DNA from: Bacteroidota bacterium
GTDB taxonomy: Bacteria > Bacteroidota > Bacteroidia > Chitinophagales > LD1
DNA: 64,000 nucleotides
Direction: 5' to 3'
Assembly (NCBI GenBank): GCA_947478005.1
Contig: CANJVG010000002.1
Location: 5,463-69,462, forward strand
This document shows, piece after piece, positions 18,292 through 31,100 of the stretch. Each line of letters begins with the position of its first letter. The first letter of the stretch is position 1. Both the position numbers and the translations under genes were made by a program. The notes under the pieces are model-generated. The model saw nothing but the letters and a program-made list of their open reading frames with translations, made no database searches and was not told the DNA's origin.

Positions 18292-18772
18292 CCGGGGTTG
18301 AATTATCCGTTTTACCCCCCTGTAGCGCAAAGCGTTCGCGCAAACGATTGTAGAGCGCATCGGCTCCCGGCACACCATCTTGTGCAGCGCTTTGCAGCAA
18401 ACGATAAGCAGTCAGGGCCGCAATATAGGCCTCTGAGCCTGCCAACATTTGCGTGTCCCTCAGTTTTTCATGTACCCGCTCTGACACCAGCACAATCTCA
18501 TTTAATTGATTGTAAAGCGCAAAGTCTTTTTGCATTTCTGCCGGCACAAAATAGTTCGGAAAAAAATCAGGATTGTTTACAATCACGTCAATAGCATCTG
18601 CTACAAAGTCGCGGTTCACCGCATTAATTTTTGGAAGAGATGATCGCTCATCCACATTTAAACCGGTTAGCCAAGGCAGGTCGGCCTCTACTTTGTTCAG
18701 GTCATCAATAACGGCTGTTTTTTCTGCTGCAGAAATACTCTGCGAAATTCGATTGCTTAGTAAATTTCCCAT
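18281..18772 (-). CDS. orphan family-B hypothetical protein
   Basis: 163 aa of normal composition: ...DLPWLTGLNVDERSSLPKINAVNRDFVADAIDVI..NPDFFPNYF...GSEAYIAALTAYRLLQSAAQDGVPGA... I recall this as a recurrent uncharacterised family, not verified here. Confidence 0.6.
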   Translation of the reverse strand: MGNLLSNRISQSISAAEKTAVIDDLNKVEADLPWLTGLNVDERSSLPKINAVNRDFVADAIDVIVNNPDFFPNYFVPAEMQKDFALYNQLNEIVLVSERVHEKLRDTQMLAGSEAYIAALTAYRLLQSAAQDGVPGADALYNRLRERFALQGGKTDNSTPVNP

Positions 18773-19159
18773 GTGTAAAAATTTGGTTTTTGATTAAAAA
18801 AATTGATGCCCAAAGGTATATTCGAACAGGCCGAAATTTTATTTTTTTCGCGATAAATATTTATTACCTATGTGTGCAAAAAAGCAGTGTCTTCCGCTCC
18901 AACAAACAAGAGAGCTTAATCAGTTTTTTTCATCCGGTTCAGGTATCTTCAATCTGAAAATTTTGTCGGGGTTCTTTTGCTTTTAAGGAGAAGGTGTGGC
19001 ATAGCTTTGAAAGGTTTTTCTTTTACAACTAATTCAGCCCCATAAATGGTCATGCGTATTTTTTGAAAATACATGCCAAAGAATTTAACTTGCATCGCGA
19101 AGGACATACACCAGGGACTTTATCAAGCGCCCAGCACATAGATTTAAAGAGAAGTTGAA

Positions 19160-22100
19160 ATGAAAAAAACAAGCATCAGTGCTTTTATAAGCCATCTGCT
19201 TTTATCGATTATCCTCACTGCGGCCTTTTCGGCCAAGGCACAATTGCATGTGCCGCCCTTTGTATCTTTTCCCCCGGGAACAGGCTGCGGCATTATTAAC
19301 CCTACGGTTTCGGTGGTGAGCGTGAGCCCCGCCTGCTACCGCAGTTCCGACACTATTGAGTTAAAATCCGACATTCTGGTAGATTCTATTTATGTAAAGT
19401 TTGGCGATGGCAAAGACACCATGCTCGTGAATCCGCCATTGCTTGTTTTCAATGTGGTGCATGCCTATGTTTTTTCGCCTTCCGACAGTTGCCCTACTCC
19501 TTTTCTTCAAGGTCAGCCGGCAATCGTGTGCCCTATCGAGGCCCACTTTTTTAAGAAGTGTCCCGGCAGTTATAGTTACACGCCATCGAGCACCGCTATT
19601 TCTTTTCGGTTTAAACCACGCGTTCGGTTTCTGCCTATTTACACAACCAATTATATCCAGGGACAAAAGATTCTTATCCTGTGCAATACAGTTTGTGCAA
19701 GTCTGGATTTGAGCAACTGCTGCACCAATACCTATTGGAACACTGACTCAACCGATTATACCTGGAGCTTTGGCGATGGCACCCCCGACACCACTATTTC
19801 GAACACCCCCGATGCTGTTTTTTTTGACCCTATTCATTGTTATGCCCATCCTTCATCCGGCCCTGCCTACTATACCCTGAAGCTACATGCCGAAAATACC
19901 TGCGGCATAAGCGAGGATTGGGCAAAAGTATACATAGAAGAACTGGACACATTTCAACTTCCTGCAGGACCCTACTGCACGGGCACTGCAGTCCAATTGC
20001 ACCTTACTGCTGCGGGCGGAAACGGACACGTTACGCTAAACACTACCGTTTCGCCCGGTGGTTCCGCTACTATTGTGGGTGACACCACAGCCTCTCCTTC
20101 CATTACATTTACTGCCCCCGGAAACTATACCATCACCACCATCTATGACCAATGTCCTCAAACCAAAACCATCAATATTGACGAGGGAGTAAATATTGTG
20201 CAGGGTTTTGTGCCCGATGGTTGCTTCACCGGCAACAACCAAATTATTCTCTCCGATTATTTCTCGAGTTCGGCCACCACACAAACCAATCATTTTGCAC
20301 TAAGAGACAGTGCGGGCATTCTTTTTTCAAACACTTCCGGCACCATACCGAGCAACATCATAGCCCTGCCCCATGCAGGCACCTATTATATTGCCGACAC
20401 GTCTATTACCATTTGCAACACCCTCGTTTATCGCGACACCTTTGTGCTGAACACACCTATTGTAGTGACCCTTCGACCCGACACCACGCAATGTGTGCAG
20501 ACCAATTGTATTCTGCCCTCGTTTGGCGGCATTGTTCCAACGTTGAACGGAGTGCCTGTAACGAGTGATACATTCCCGGTTACCACGGTCGGAGTGTTTC
20601 CCTTTGTTTACACACCTTCGTGTGGCAACAGTGTTACCTTCACCCTTACGGCTCAAGGCACACCGGCTTATTGTATCGATCAAAATTTTTGCGCCTATCC
20701 CGGCTTAGTAAATCTTACAGGTGATACTCCGGGAATGATTTTTTCGGTAAACGGAATTGTATCTTCTGCCATCAACGGAGATACTGCTACCAATTTCGAC
20801 AATCCATTTACAAGTGTTTATACTGACGGGCTCAACTGCACCTTCCGCGACACCGGGCATATTTATATCAGCACTTCCATTAACGCCACTGAAAACATCC
20901 CTGATACAATTTGTCAGAACTCTTCTTTTTCGGTTACGGGAACAAACGGAGCCTTGACGCCTACTATCAATTGGGGCGATGGCACCACGGATAATAATTT
21001 GTCGCACACCTATGCCGGCACGGGCATTTTCAATCTCTCCTTAAAGTTTTCGAACGGAGCATGCGACACTACAATTTTAGATACGGTTATGGTTATTCCT
21101 GCTCCCAATGCTACTTTCTCTTTTGGCGCGGATACCATTTGCAATGGAGAAACAGCTACTATTTTGTTTACACCCGATGTTCGCTACGCCTATCAATGGA
21201 CTTACCAAACGAATGTGACCGATACCATGCCGGTGATTGTTGCACAAAACATTGGCGGCACGGTGGTCTGCGAATCGCTTACCTTATCGGTGTCGTATCC
21301 CGGATGTGCCGCCATAAATGATTCCAAGCCTATTTGTTTTTTTCCGGGGGCCCAGGCGCTTATGGATTTGAACTATGATTCGGTATGCAGTCCATTGCCC
21401 ATCACCCTAATCAACAATTCAATATCTGCTGTGGGGGCCAGCTTCGAATGGTTTAGAAACGATACTTTGTTTTCAACCAGCAACACATTGGAACAATTTG
21501 ACACCCTCTACGCCTATGCCTCGGATGTAACTTATACTTTCAAATTGCGGGTTTTCTCCTGCGGTCGATACGATAGCATTGTCAAGCAGGTCATTGTACA
21601 TTCGGCTGATTTTTCACCGGCCATTTATACCGATGCGTTCCAAAAATGTGTGTATGAAGATTTTCATTTTTCTTCTTCTACCGTTCCCGGCTGCTCGGTC
21701 ACTTACGATTTTGGTGATGGCGGCATTACACAGGCTATGCCCAGCGATTCACCGGTTATCCATGCCTATCAGGCTCCCGGTGATTATACCGTTGGCTTAA
21801 CGATGTATTGTGCCTGCCAGGTAAGGTCCGACAATTTACTGGTTCATGTAAATCCGGGTCCGGTTATTTCTGCCTCGGCACCTTCTGTTGCCTGCACCGA
21901 TAGTGTTGTTACTATTCATACTCAAAACACGGGAATTATTCCGGCAAGTTCTTATCAAACCTATTTTGGTGATGGCACCTTTGATTCTTTGTCTTCTACC
22001 CCAAATCATGCCTATCACACTACCGGCACATTCAACGGATGGGTGATTGCGTTGGGCATAAACGGATGTTATTCAGACACCGCTAAATTTCATGCTACCG

Positions 22101-22906
22101 TTTATCAGACGCCCTCGGCAGACCTTACCGGTGCAGATACGTTTGCGTGTTCTTCTATTCTCACCTTGTTTTCGGTAGATACGGTTACACCGAATACCAC
22201 CTATCAATGGAATATAGTTTATGGTAACCATTCCACTTTTGTAACTACGTATGATGGCACTCTTCCGCTTTTTGCCAATGAGACAGGACTGCATTCGATA
22301 ATCCTTTCTGCTTACAACAACAACGATAGTGCCTGCAAGGCGGTTGGTGATACTTTCCATATTACTGTTTATCCATCGCCTACCGCATTCTTCACCGTTG
22401 ACCAGCCTTTTGTAAACAGTCCCGAATATGTTTTCCCGATACAAAATAAGAGTACACCTACCGGCAATACTTACTTCTGGGATTTTGGGGATAGTAAATA
22501 CAGCAATGAAATTAATCCGGGCTCACACGGCTATACTAAAACGGGTACGTATATAATTACCCTCACTGCCAGAAACGGACCTTGCGAAGACACCACCAAT
22601 CGCGAAGTGCATGTTGACCCGTTTCTTCAGGTATTCGTTCCCAATATTTTTACGCCTAACAACGATGGGAATAATGACTTCTTCCAAATGTTTGGCAACA
22701 TACAGGATATAGATTTTATGCACGTAATGATTTTCGACCGCGTTGGCGAAAAGGTATTTGACAGCTACGACCTGAACTTTAAATGGGATGGAATCTACAA
22801 AGGGAAACCGCTACAACCGGCAGTGTTTGTTTACATCATTGAAATATCGCCCATTGCTGATGAGGATATGAGGCGAATGAAAGGAAGTATTACGCTTCTC
22901 CGGTAA
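19160..22906 (+). CDS. large secreted PKD/Ig-like repeat protein with T9SS type B (gliding motility-associated) C-terminal domain
   Basis: 1248 aa with a signal peptide. Multiple ...FGDG...H.Y...G.Y.V.L PKD-like repeats. C-terminus FVPNIFTPNNDGNNDFF...KWDGIYKGKPLQPAVFVYIIE...GSITLLR. Confidence 0.85.
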   Translation: MKKTSISAFISHLLLSIILTAAFSAKAQLHVPPFVSFPPGTGCGIINPTVSVVSVSPACYRSSDTIELKSDILVDSIYVKFGDGKDTMLVNPPLLVFNVVHAYVFSPSDSCPTPFLQGQPAIVCPIEAHFFKKCPGSYSYTPSSTAISFRFKPRVRFLPIYTTNYIQGQKILILCNTVCASLDLSNCCTNTYWNTDSTDYTWSFGDGTPDTTISNTPDAVFFDPIHCYAHPSSGPAYYTLKLHAENTCGISEDWAKVYIEELDTFQLPAGPYCTGTAVQLHLTAAGGNGHVTLNTTVSPGGSATIVGDTTASPSITFTAPGNYTITTIYDQCPQTKTINIDEGVNIVQGFVPDGCFTGNNQIILSDYFSSSATTQTNHFALRDSAGILFSNTSGTIPSNIIALPHAGTYYIADTSITICNTLVYRDTFVLNTPIVVTLRPDTTQCVQTNCILPSFGGIVPTLNGVPVTSDTFPVTTVGVFPFVYTPSCGNSVTFTLTAQGTPAYCIDQNFCAYPGLVNLTGDTPGMIFSVNGIVSSAINGDTATNFDNPFTSVYTDGLNCTFRDTGHIYISTSINATENIPDTICQNSSFSVTGTNGALTPTINWGDGTTDNNLSHTYAGTGIFNLSLKFSNGACDTTILDTVMVIPAPNATFSFGADTICNGETATILFTPDVRYAYQWTYQTNVTDTMPVIVAQNIGGTVVCESLTLSVSYPGCAAINDSKPICFFPGAQALMDLNYDSVCSPLPITLINNSISAVGASFEWFRNDTLFSTSNTLEQFDTLYAYASDVTYTFKLRVFSCGRYDSIVKQVIVHSADFSPAIYTDAFQKCVYEDFHFSSSTVPGCSVTYDFGDGGITQAMPSDSPVIHAYQAPGDYTVGLTMYCACQVRSDNLLVHVNPGPVISASAPSVACTDSVVTIHTQNTGIIPASSYQTYFGDGTFDSLSSTPNHAYHTTGTFNGWVIALGINGCYSDTAKFHATVYQTPSADLTGADTFACSSILTLFSVDTVTPNTTYQWNIVYGNHSTFVTTYDGTLPLFANETGLHSIILSAYNNNDSACKAVGDTFHITVYPSPTAFFTVDQPFVNSPEYVFPIQNKSTPTGNTYFWDFGDSKYSNEINPGSHGYTKTGTYIITLTARNGPCEDTTNREVHVDPFLQVFVPNIFTPNNDGNNDFFQMFGNIQDIDFMHVMIFDRVGEKVFDSYDLNFKWDGIYKGKPLQPAVFVYIIEISPIADEDMRRMKGSITLLR

Positions 22907-22926
22907 AACAGAACAAAGAAAGAAGC

Positions 22927-24447
22927 TTAGTGCTTAAAATGTCTAACTCCGGTTGTTACCATAGCCTGCCCGTTTTTGTTGGCGGCATCTATCGAGTCCT
23001 GGTCTTTAATACTACCTCCGGGCTGAGCAATGGCAGTAATGCCGGCCTCGGCAGAAATACCTACACAATCTGGAAATGGAAAAAAAGCATCACTGGCCAT
23101 CACAGCACCGTTCAAATCAAAACCGAACTCGCCAGCTTTGCGGATAGCGTTTTGCAAAGCATCCACTCGTGAAGTTTGTCCGCAGTTGCTGCCAACCAGC
23201 TGTTTGTTTTTAACCAAAGCAATGCCGTTGCTCTTTAAATGCTTAACGGCAATAACCGCAAACTCTAAATCGGAAATTTCTTTTTCTGTTGGCGTCTTGG
23301 TGGTAACCAATTTGAATTCGTTTTTGCCCTCTGCTTTAGTATCAGCATCCTGTTCCAAAACTCCATTGAGTAAGTTCTTGAAAATTTTTGCGGTAGAAAT
23401 CCTTGCCTTTTGCTTTAGCAGGATGCGGTTCTTTTTTGATTTCAAAACAGCCAAAGCATCATCATCGTAACCCGGTGCAGTGAGTACTTCGAAGAAAAGT
23501 GAATTCATTTCATTAGCCGTTGCCAAATCAATTGGGCGGTTAACAGCAATTACTCCACCGAAGGCTGACGTGGTGTCGCAGGCAAAAGCCGCTTTATAAG
23601 CTTCGCAAACATTCTCGCGACTGGCCAATCCACAACTATTAGTATGCTTAATGATAGCCACCGTTGGTTCTGTAAATTCTGACACCAGATTGATGGATGC
23701 ATCTACATCTACCAGGTTGTTATAGGAAAGTTCTTTGCCATTGAGGATTTCAAACAACTCATCCAAATTGCCATAAAAAACACCGCGCTGATGTGGGTTT
23801 TCGCCATAGCGCAGAACCTTTGCGTTGAGTTCACTCTTTTTGAAAACCTCAAATTTGAATTCGTTATTGAAGTAATTGAAGATAAGAGTATCATAGTGCG
23901 AGGAAGTCATAAACGCTTTAGCCGCAAACTTCTTTCTATCCTCTAAATCGGTTTCGCCATTCTTGGCTTGCAGTATTTCCAGCAGCGATTCATAATCGTT
24001 GCGCGAGGAAACAATAACGGTGTCGTTAAAGTTCTTTGCAGCCGCGCGAATCAAACTAATGCCGCCAATGTCAATTTTTTCAATTACATCATCTTCGCCT
24101 TTCCCGGCCTTCACTGTTTCTTCAAAGGGGTAGAGGTCAACAATTACCAAATCAATTTCTGGTATTTCATACTGTGCCATTTCTTTTTGGTCTGTGGCAT
24201 TATCTCTTCTTCCAAGAATTCCTCCAAATACTTTTGGGTGAAGTGTTTTTACTCGTCCGCCAAGTATAGAAGGATACGAAGTAAGGTCTTCTACTGCCGT
24301 AACCTTTATGCCTAAGCCTTCGATAAAACTTTGCGTGCCTCCGGTGCTGTATATTTTTACACCGAGTTTGTCGAGTTCTTTTACGAGTAAATCCAGCTTG
24401 TCTTTGTAATAAACCGAAATTAGGGCTGACTTAATTTTTTTGCGCAT
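22927..24447 (-). CDS. purH: bifunctional AICAR transformylase / IMP cyclohydrolase
   Basis: 506 aa with ALISVYYKDKL, STGGT, GGRVKTLHP, IDLVIVDLYPF and a C-terminal ...GVRHFKH. Confidence 0.95.
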   Translation of the reverse strand: MRKKIKSALISVYYKDKLDLLVKELDKLGVKIYSTGGTQSFIEGLGIKVTAVEDLTSYPSILGGRVKTLHPKVFGGILGRRDNATDQKEMAQYEIPEIDLVIVDLYPFEETVKAGKGEDDVIEKIDIGGISLIRAAAKNFNDTVIVSSRNDYESLLEILQAKNGETDLEDRKKFAAKAFMTSSHYDTLIFNYFNNEFKFEVFKKSELNAKVLRYGENPHQRGVFYGNLDELFEILNGKELSYNNLVDVDASINLVSEFTEPTVAIIKHTNSCGLASRENVCEAYKAAFACDTTSAFGGVIAVNRPIDLATANEMNSLFFEVLTAPGYDDDALAVLKSKKNRILLKQKARISTAKIFKNLLNGVLEQDADTKAEGKNEFKLVTTKTPTEKEISDLEFAVIAVKHLKSNGIALVKNKQLVGSNCGQTSRVDALQNAIRKAGEFGFDLNGAVMASDAFFPFPDCVGISAEAGITAIAQPGGSIKDQDSIDAANKNGQAMVTTGVRHFKH

Positions 24448-24531
24448 GATGTGTGTTTGGAATTGCGCGCAAAAGTAAAATTTGGAGAAAGTGAAACTTG
24501 GGGAGTTATACCAAAGTTTTCAACGAAGAGA

Positions 24532-25095
24532 TCAGCGAAGTAAGTCTTCAATAGCCTTTACATACCATTCATGCTCTAATTGCTGAACTTTAGCTGAAAG
24601 CAATTCCGCAGTATCATTTGGGTCGACTACGACTTTCTTTTGCAAAAGAATTTCCCCGTCATCATAAACTTCATTCACGTAATGAATGGTGATTCCTGTT
24701 TCCGTATCTTTATTGGCAAGCACGGCCTGATGTACTTTGAGTCCATACATTCCTTTGCCTCCATGTTTTGGTAAAAGAGCAGGGTGTATGTTGATGATCT
24801 TCTTTGGAAAATTTTGCAACAGAAAAGCGGGAATTAGTTGTAGAAATCCGGCCAGAACAATCATATCAATTTTCTGTGCGTTCAAAACCTTCATCATTAC
24901 CTCCTCCTTATTCAAAGAATTCTTGTTGACAATAGCAGAAATGATTTTGTGTTCATGTGCTATCTTCAGAACCCCGGCAGACGGATTATTTGTAAGCACC
25001 AAAGCCACCCGTATTTCGGGATGGTTGGCAAAATGTTCAATTATAGCCTTGGCATTTGTTCCATTGCCGCTGGCAAAAATGGCGATGTGTTTCAT
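24532..25095 (-). CDS. purN: phosphoribosylglycinamide formyltransferase
   Basis: 187 aa with IAIFASGNGTNA, INIHPALLP and GITIHYV.E.YD.G. Confidence 0.9.
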   Translation of the reverse strand: MKHIAIFASGNGTNAKAIIEHFANHPEIRVALVLTNNPSAGVLKIAHEHKIISAIVNKNSLNKEEVMMKVLNAQKIDMIVLAGFLQLIPAFLLQNFPKKIINIHPALLPKHGGKGMYGLKVHQAVLANKDTETGITIHYVNEVYDDGEILLQKKVVVDPNDTAELLSAKVQQLEHEWYVKAIEDLLR

Positions 25096-25116
25096 CGTTT
25101 GAATCAGTAGCTGAAT

Positions 25117-28100
25117 TTATTTTTGCAGAATGAATTTTCGAACCGTCTTTTCTTCATTATACGTAACCCGAATAAAATACTCGGCAGCCAGCATAAGTCC
25201 TGTTGGAATTTCAAAATCGCTTCGACCTACAGGAAAATCAAGTTCTGTTTCGGGCATGACATAGTGCCCAAGTGCATCAACAATAGCAATGGATACTTTT
25301 CCGGCTTTAGGCAAAACGATTCCAAGTGTAGATTGGTTGAACGCAGGATTCGGAGATGGTCCAACCAATTGCATTGTTCCAGTAAGTGATTCACATTGAC
25401 GATTATTATCTGTCCTCAATTCGGTTTCTCCATGATTCACTTCCACAACCTCCACACACACATATGAATTTGCATTAGAAGCTGCCACCACAAAGCGGGC
25501 GTGAAAAGTATCTTCCATAATCTGTCCCGATTGCAGCAATCCTGTCCAGTCCTCGGCTATCACCCCCCCGGTTCCTAAGGTAGCATAGGCGAGAATATGA
25601 GTAATAGTCCTTGTTCCTACGTTGCTCATTAATGCCTTAACATTTATCAGAACCGAACCATCGTTCTGTACTTGAGAAACAGATTCAACGGCATCTACTG
25701 AAAGATCTAAATCAGTATGTGAAACGTAGAAGGTTTGAGAACTTGTATTTGAGCATCCAAAATCAGAAGTGGCCGTGAGGACAATATGAAAAGTATCGTT
25801 CTGCGAATAAGTATGTGTTGTGTTTTCAGCAGATGAAACGGCACTTCCATCTCCGAAATTCCAGATATACGAAGTCGCGTTAGTGCTATGGTTGTTGAAT
25901 GTAACATTAACCGGTGCTTCGCCATACAAAGGAGCCATGGCAAATAGAGAAACAGGATTTGGATGCACCTGAACTATCTTTGAAACGGAGTCTCTGCAAC
26001 CGCTATTTGTAGTTACTAATAGCTTCACTGTATAATTTCCGGTATCGGCAAAGTAAGATTGCGGATAATGATTGTTATTAAACAATGTGCCTCCTATATT
26101 CCAATCCCAACGGTGGATGGGTTCGCTTGGAGAACTGCTGCTGTCTTTTGGCGTATAGCTTAAATCTATACAATGCGAAAGATTTGTGAAGTCAGCAATT
26201 GGCTGTTCCACAACCAACAGGTTTTTACTTATCGTATCAACGCAACCAATTGCATTTTCTACCGCAAGGCTTACATTGTATGCTCCAGGAACTAAATATC
26301 GGTGAATTGGGTTTTGTAAGGACGCAAAAAAGCTTCCATCACCATAATTCCATTGCCAGCGAACTATGGAAAGAGAAGGCGTAATGTCGACAAATTTTGT
26401 TGAGTCACCCAAACAAGTCTGGCTGAAATTAAAATTAGCATCTAGGGATGGAAATACTTCAATGAAACTTGTAATGGCATCGCTACAACCGTTGGTTGTA
26501 GTTACTCGGAATATCACAGGAATATTTCCCTGTGTTGGGAATGAGTAGGCCACACTTTTTGAGTTGAACGAATCTGTTTGATTAAACCACCACTTCCATT
26601 GTATAATTGTGTCCGTTGGCAATACAATGCTATTATCGAAAAACTGCGAAGAATTCCCTGCACAAATTATCCCAGGATAACTATACTTCGCCTCGGGCTT
26701 CGCAAAAACTTTAATAGGGGCGCTATATGATCCGGTGCATCCCGAATCAGTTTTTATGTAAAGAGTAGCTACAAAGTCACCGGTAATAGGGTAGGAATGT
26801 GAAGGATTTTTTAAAACAGAACCTTCGTTATCTCCAAAACTCCAATTCCAGAAACTAACAACATCTGGTTGAATCGTTACCGAGGAGTCTAGAAAGTGAA
26901 CCGAATCACCAAAGCATGCACGGCTTGCGGTAAAATAAGCCGTTGGCGCTATTCCTTTAATAGTAACAGCAACAGAGTCCCTCACGTTACAACTGTTAAT
27001 GTCAGTAACATCAACAGAAAATATTCCATTTGTACTAATAGTGATTTGGACTGTAGTATCACCAGTAGACCAAAGTTGGTTGCGCGGGTGGTAAATACCT
27101 GTCTCTATAGCCAAATTGTTACCAGAGCACATGCCGGTATCAACTGGTAAAAGGGAAATTAAAGGAAAACTGTCAATCGTTATTCGAACTGTATCGGAAA
27201 CAAGTATACATCCAGCACTATCTGCTATACTACAAAAATAATTTCCGAAAGAATCGGTAGGATAAAATGGATTTACCGAAATGCTATCATTCCACAAAAA
27301 GGTATAAAGAGAACCTTCAGGAAGGATTGGGACAATGTTTATAGAGCTACCAATACATACTGCAGTATCAGGAGTATTCATCCCGGCATAAGGCAGAGTA
27401 ATTTGAATGGTGTCACTGCTCACCCTATCAAATACATCTGTTGCTCTTACCCAGTACGTTCCGCCTTTTGACACACTAATACTATGCGTAGTATCTCCGG
27501 TTGACCAAAGGAATTCCTTAAACCTTATTCCTGCTTCAATAGGCACCGGACATAAACTATATGCTTGGTTTTTATCAGGTCCTAAGTCTACAGGTGGGGA
27601 ATACTTATTGTAAAGGTAATTTTCTACCTGCTGCCGTTCAGTATTATTCAAATTATTTTTGTAGAGGATTACTTCGGCAATTTCTCCATTGAAAAATGTG
27701 GAAAATGGGGCTTTACCCAGAACATAGTTAGTATCCGGAACCGCAGCACCAGCCGCAGCCGACAGAACACCATTTATTGGCACACTGTTTCTGTAAATAC
27801 TATCAAATGCACCAAGCTTCTTTTTTGCCGTTATGAGGGAATATTCAGAAGTTATAGTCGGACCATAAGCTGTTTGACTGTTATTTCTAAACTCATATCG
27901 TCCTGCAGAATGCCATAGGAATAAACCATTCGCTGCCCCAACTGAGAAAATAGAGCGATTGCCTGTGGTTACATTTGGCTTAACTATCACAAACAAACTT
28001 ACAGATGAACTTCCTATGCCAGGAATTAACGCCCCACCAAGCACATCGTCAACTCCTCCAAACCTCAAAGCAGGTTTAACCAATTCGATTGGATTCACAA

Positions 28101-31100
28101 GTCTGGGTTGCTTGGTGGTATCGGGTTGTGTGGCACTAAAGTTGTTTGGGGTTAAATCATTCCAAACACTTACTAAGCCTCCGTTTTGTGTAACTCCAAC
28201 ATCTGCCGCTAGCCATAAAGTAAGATTAGATAAATCTGTAGGTGTGAATAAGGTAAATATTCTAATGGATGATTCCGAATAGACTCCGCATATATTATAG
28301 GCTCTTACCTTCCAGTAAAAGGTCTGCCCTCCACTAACGGTAGTGGTGTGTTGAGTGGCGACTATATTGTCTATTGTGAGTGGAGAGCTAAAATTTGAGT
28401 TGGTAGAAATCAAAAGCGAGTAATCGCTTGCATTTTGTGTAGCAGCCCAACTGAAGGTAACCGTTGGAGATATAACCTGAAAATTATTTGCCGGACTTTG
28501 AAGATAAATAGCTTGAGGGTTGGGAGCATTCTGAACCACCAATAGAGTATCTATAATGGTATCGGAACAGCCGTTTGAAGCGGTAGCAATAAATAAGATT
28601 GGGTAAGTGTTGCTACTGATATATTGGTGTGGTGGGTTTTTAATCAAGGAATGTGCCGAATCATCACCAAAATTCCAGTCCCATTGATTAATGCTATCTC
28701 CTTGTGGCGCTGTACTTATGTCAATAAACTGGAAAGGGGCACTAGTACATCCTGTTCCGGCTTGGAATGCAGCTAAAGGAACGGGCTTTACTAAAACCGT
28801 GTGAATCGCATAGTTTAAACAACCCACATTTGTTGCTACACTGAGAGTAACCGTATAATTGCCAACATTTAAATAGGGATAGCTTGGGTATGCATCAGTT
28901 GCGATGCCTCCTTCTCCGAACTCCCAGGTATAGCCCGAGATATGAGATGTATCAGCGGAAACACTATTGTTTTGCGGGACATAGTTTTGACCCAAACAAA
29001 TGGTATCTCCTGTAAAAAATACGTTAGGAGTGCTTCCTATCTTTGTTATATAAATAGCGTCACTTCCTTTGCAGCCGATATTGTTTGTAACAGTAACTGA
29101 AATATTGCCCGAATCAGGAACTATCGCGTAAGCATTCGTCTCCCCCGTTGACCACTGAAACTGAAACCCTGCCCAGCCAATTGCAGGGGTCTTAATGCCA
29201 ATTAAATTACCAGCGCACATACTTGTGTCAGAACCCAAAGAAACGGTATTTTGGAATGTATCAATAACAACGGTAAGCGTATCGGAAAAAGAAGAGCAGC
29301 CGTTTCCAGAAACCTGTACGTAATAATTTCCGCTTGTATTAGCTTGAATGGAGGTTGAACTGTCTCCTGTATTCCAGTGGAAAGAGTAACCGTTGATTGA
29401 AGTTAATTGAGTTTGTATATGCACCGTATCTCCAAAGCAAATAGTTGTATCTGATACTGTTAAGTTGATATTTGGAAATTTCACAACCACTGTATCTCTA
29501 CTTATCCTACCAAAGATATCAGTCACCTCTACAAAATAAACACCGCTATGATTTACATTAACTGTGGGAGTGGTTTCATTCGTTGACCACGAATAAGTTT
29601 TATAGCAGTTAGTAGCATTTAGCTGCACTGGACAAAAGCCATAATTCACCGTAATATCAGGACCCAAATTTACAGGTGCGCTATACTTATTGAACAAGTA
29701 GTTCTCTACCTGTTGGCGGGAGGAAGTGCTTAGCGTCCCTTTGTACAAAATCACTTCCGCTATTTCTCCTTGTAAATATGAAAAAGCTGCTTGGAGCTTA
29801 CCCAAGCTATAATCACCGTTTACAAAAGGAGCAGTAAGGGCAGGCAGTGCACCCGTACTAGTCAAAAGACCATTTTTATAAAGCTTTGCATTGGTGTTTA
29901 AGGATTTCACCGCATCCAGTAAGTAATAGCTATTGGCAACTATTGGCGTAGTAATCTGGCTGGCGTTATTTCTAAATTCAAATGTTGGCCCACCATGCCA
30001 CATCCACATTCCTGTGGTGCTGGTTCCAATTGAAAAGAATGTTCTGTTTCCACTGGTGGTATAAGTTTTCCCTACCAAAAATAAACTCAAAGAGCCCGTA
30101 TCAATGTTTGGGATGGTTGTGCCATTCAATATATCGTCAATGCCATCAAATTTAAGGGCTGGTTTTCCGCACAGTTCAGCAGGATAAACTCTTTTCGGTT
30201 GATTGTTGATATTACTTTGGGTAGCGTGATAACCATTACCGCTTTGATCACTCCATTGACTCACTGTGTCGCCATGCTGTGTAATTCCAGCATCCGCTTC
30301 CAACCATAACGCAAGGTTTCCCAAATTGGAAGGATTAAACATCGTGAACAAACGTCTTACAGATTCAGAAGAATCATTGCAAATATTATAGGCTCTGACC
30401 TTCCAGTAATAAACCGGATTGCTTGGGACAAAAGCTGCGTATTGTGTAGCACTAATATTATTAGAAGCAATTGCGGTGGTAAATGAAGAATCTCCGGAAA
30501 CGAGAAGGGCGTATCGAACTGCATTTTGAGAAGGCGACCAAACGAAATTAATGTTCTGACTTCCTAACTGATAGTTGTCGGTCGGTTGTTGAAGTACAGG
30601 ACTGTCGGGCAAAGTATAGGTGGCAACTACCGGCAATATATTTTGAAGCGTGTCGGTACATCCGTTGGTAGCAGAAACAATTAAAGTAACCGGATGGTTG
30701 TTGGGGTACAGGTAAAAATGAGATGGGTTCTGTACAAATGAATGAATGGTAGTATCACCGAAATTCCAATCCCTGAAATTGATGCTGGTTCCAACAGGCG
30801 AAGTGCTTAAGTCGCTGAACTGATAGCTATTATTTATACAAGCCACTGTCGTTTGAAAAGAGGCCATAGGGTTGGGCTTTATCAAAACAGAACGGCTCGA
30901 AGTACTTGAGCATCCTGCATTTGTTGTAGCTGTTAGAGAAACCATGTATTTTCCTGTGTCAGGATATATATAGTTAGGATTAGGTGCTGTACTTTGGCTA
31001 CTATTTCCGAAATCCCAGTTATATGCAATTGGGGTGTCAATTGGAGCTGTTGTATTTGAAGGAAAATAAGTTTCGCCCAAGCATATTGTGTCTCCAACAA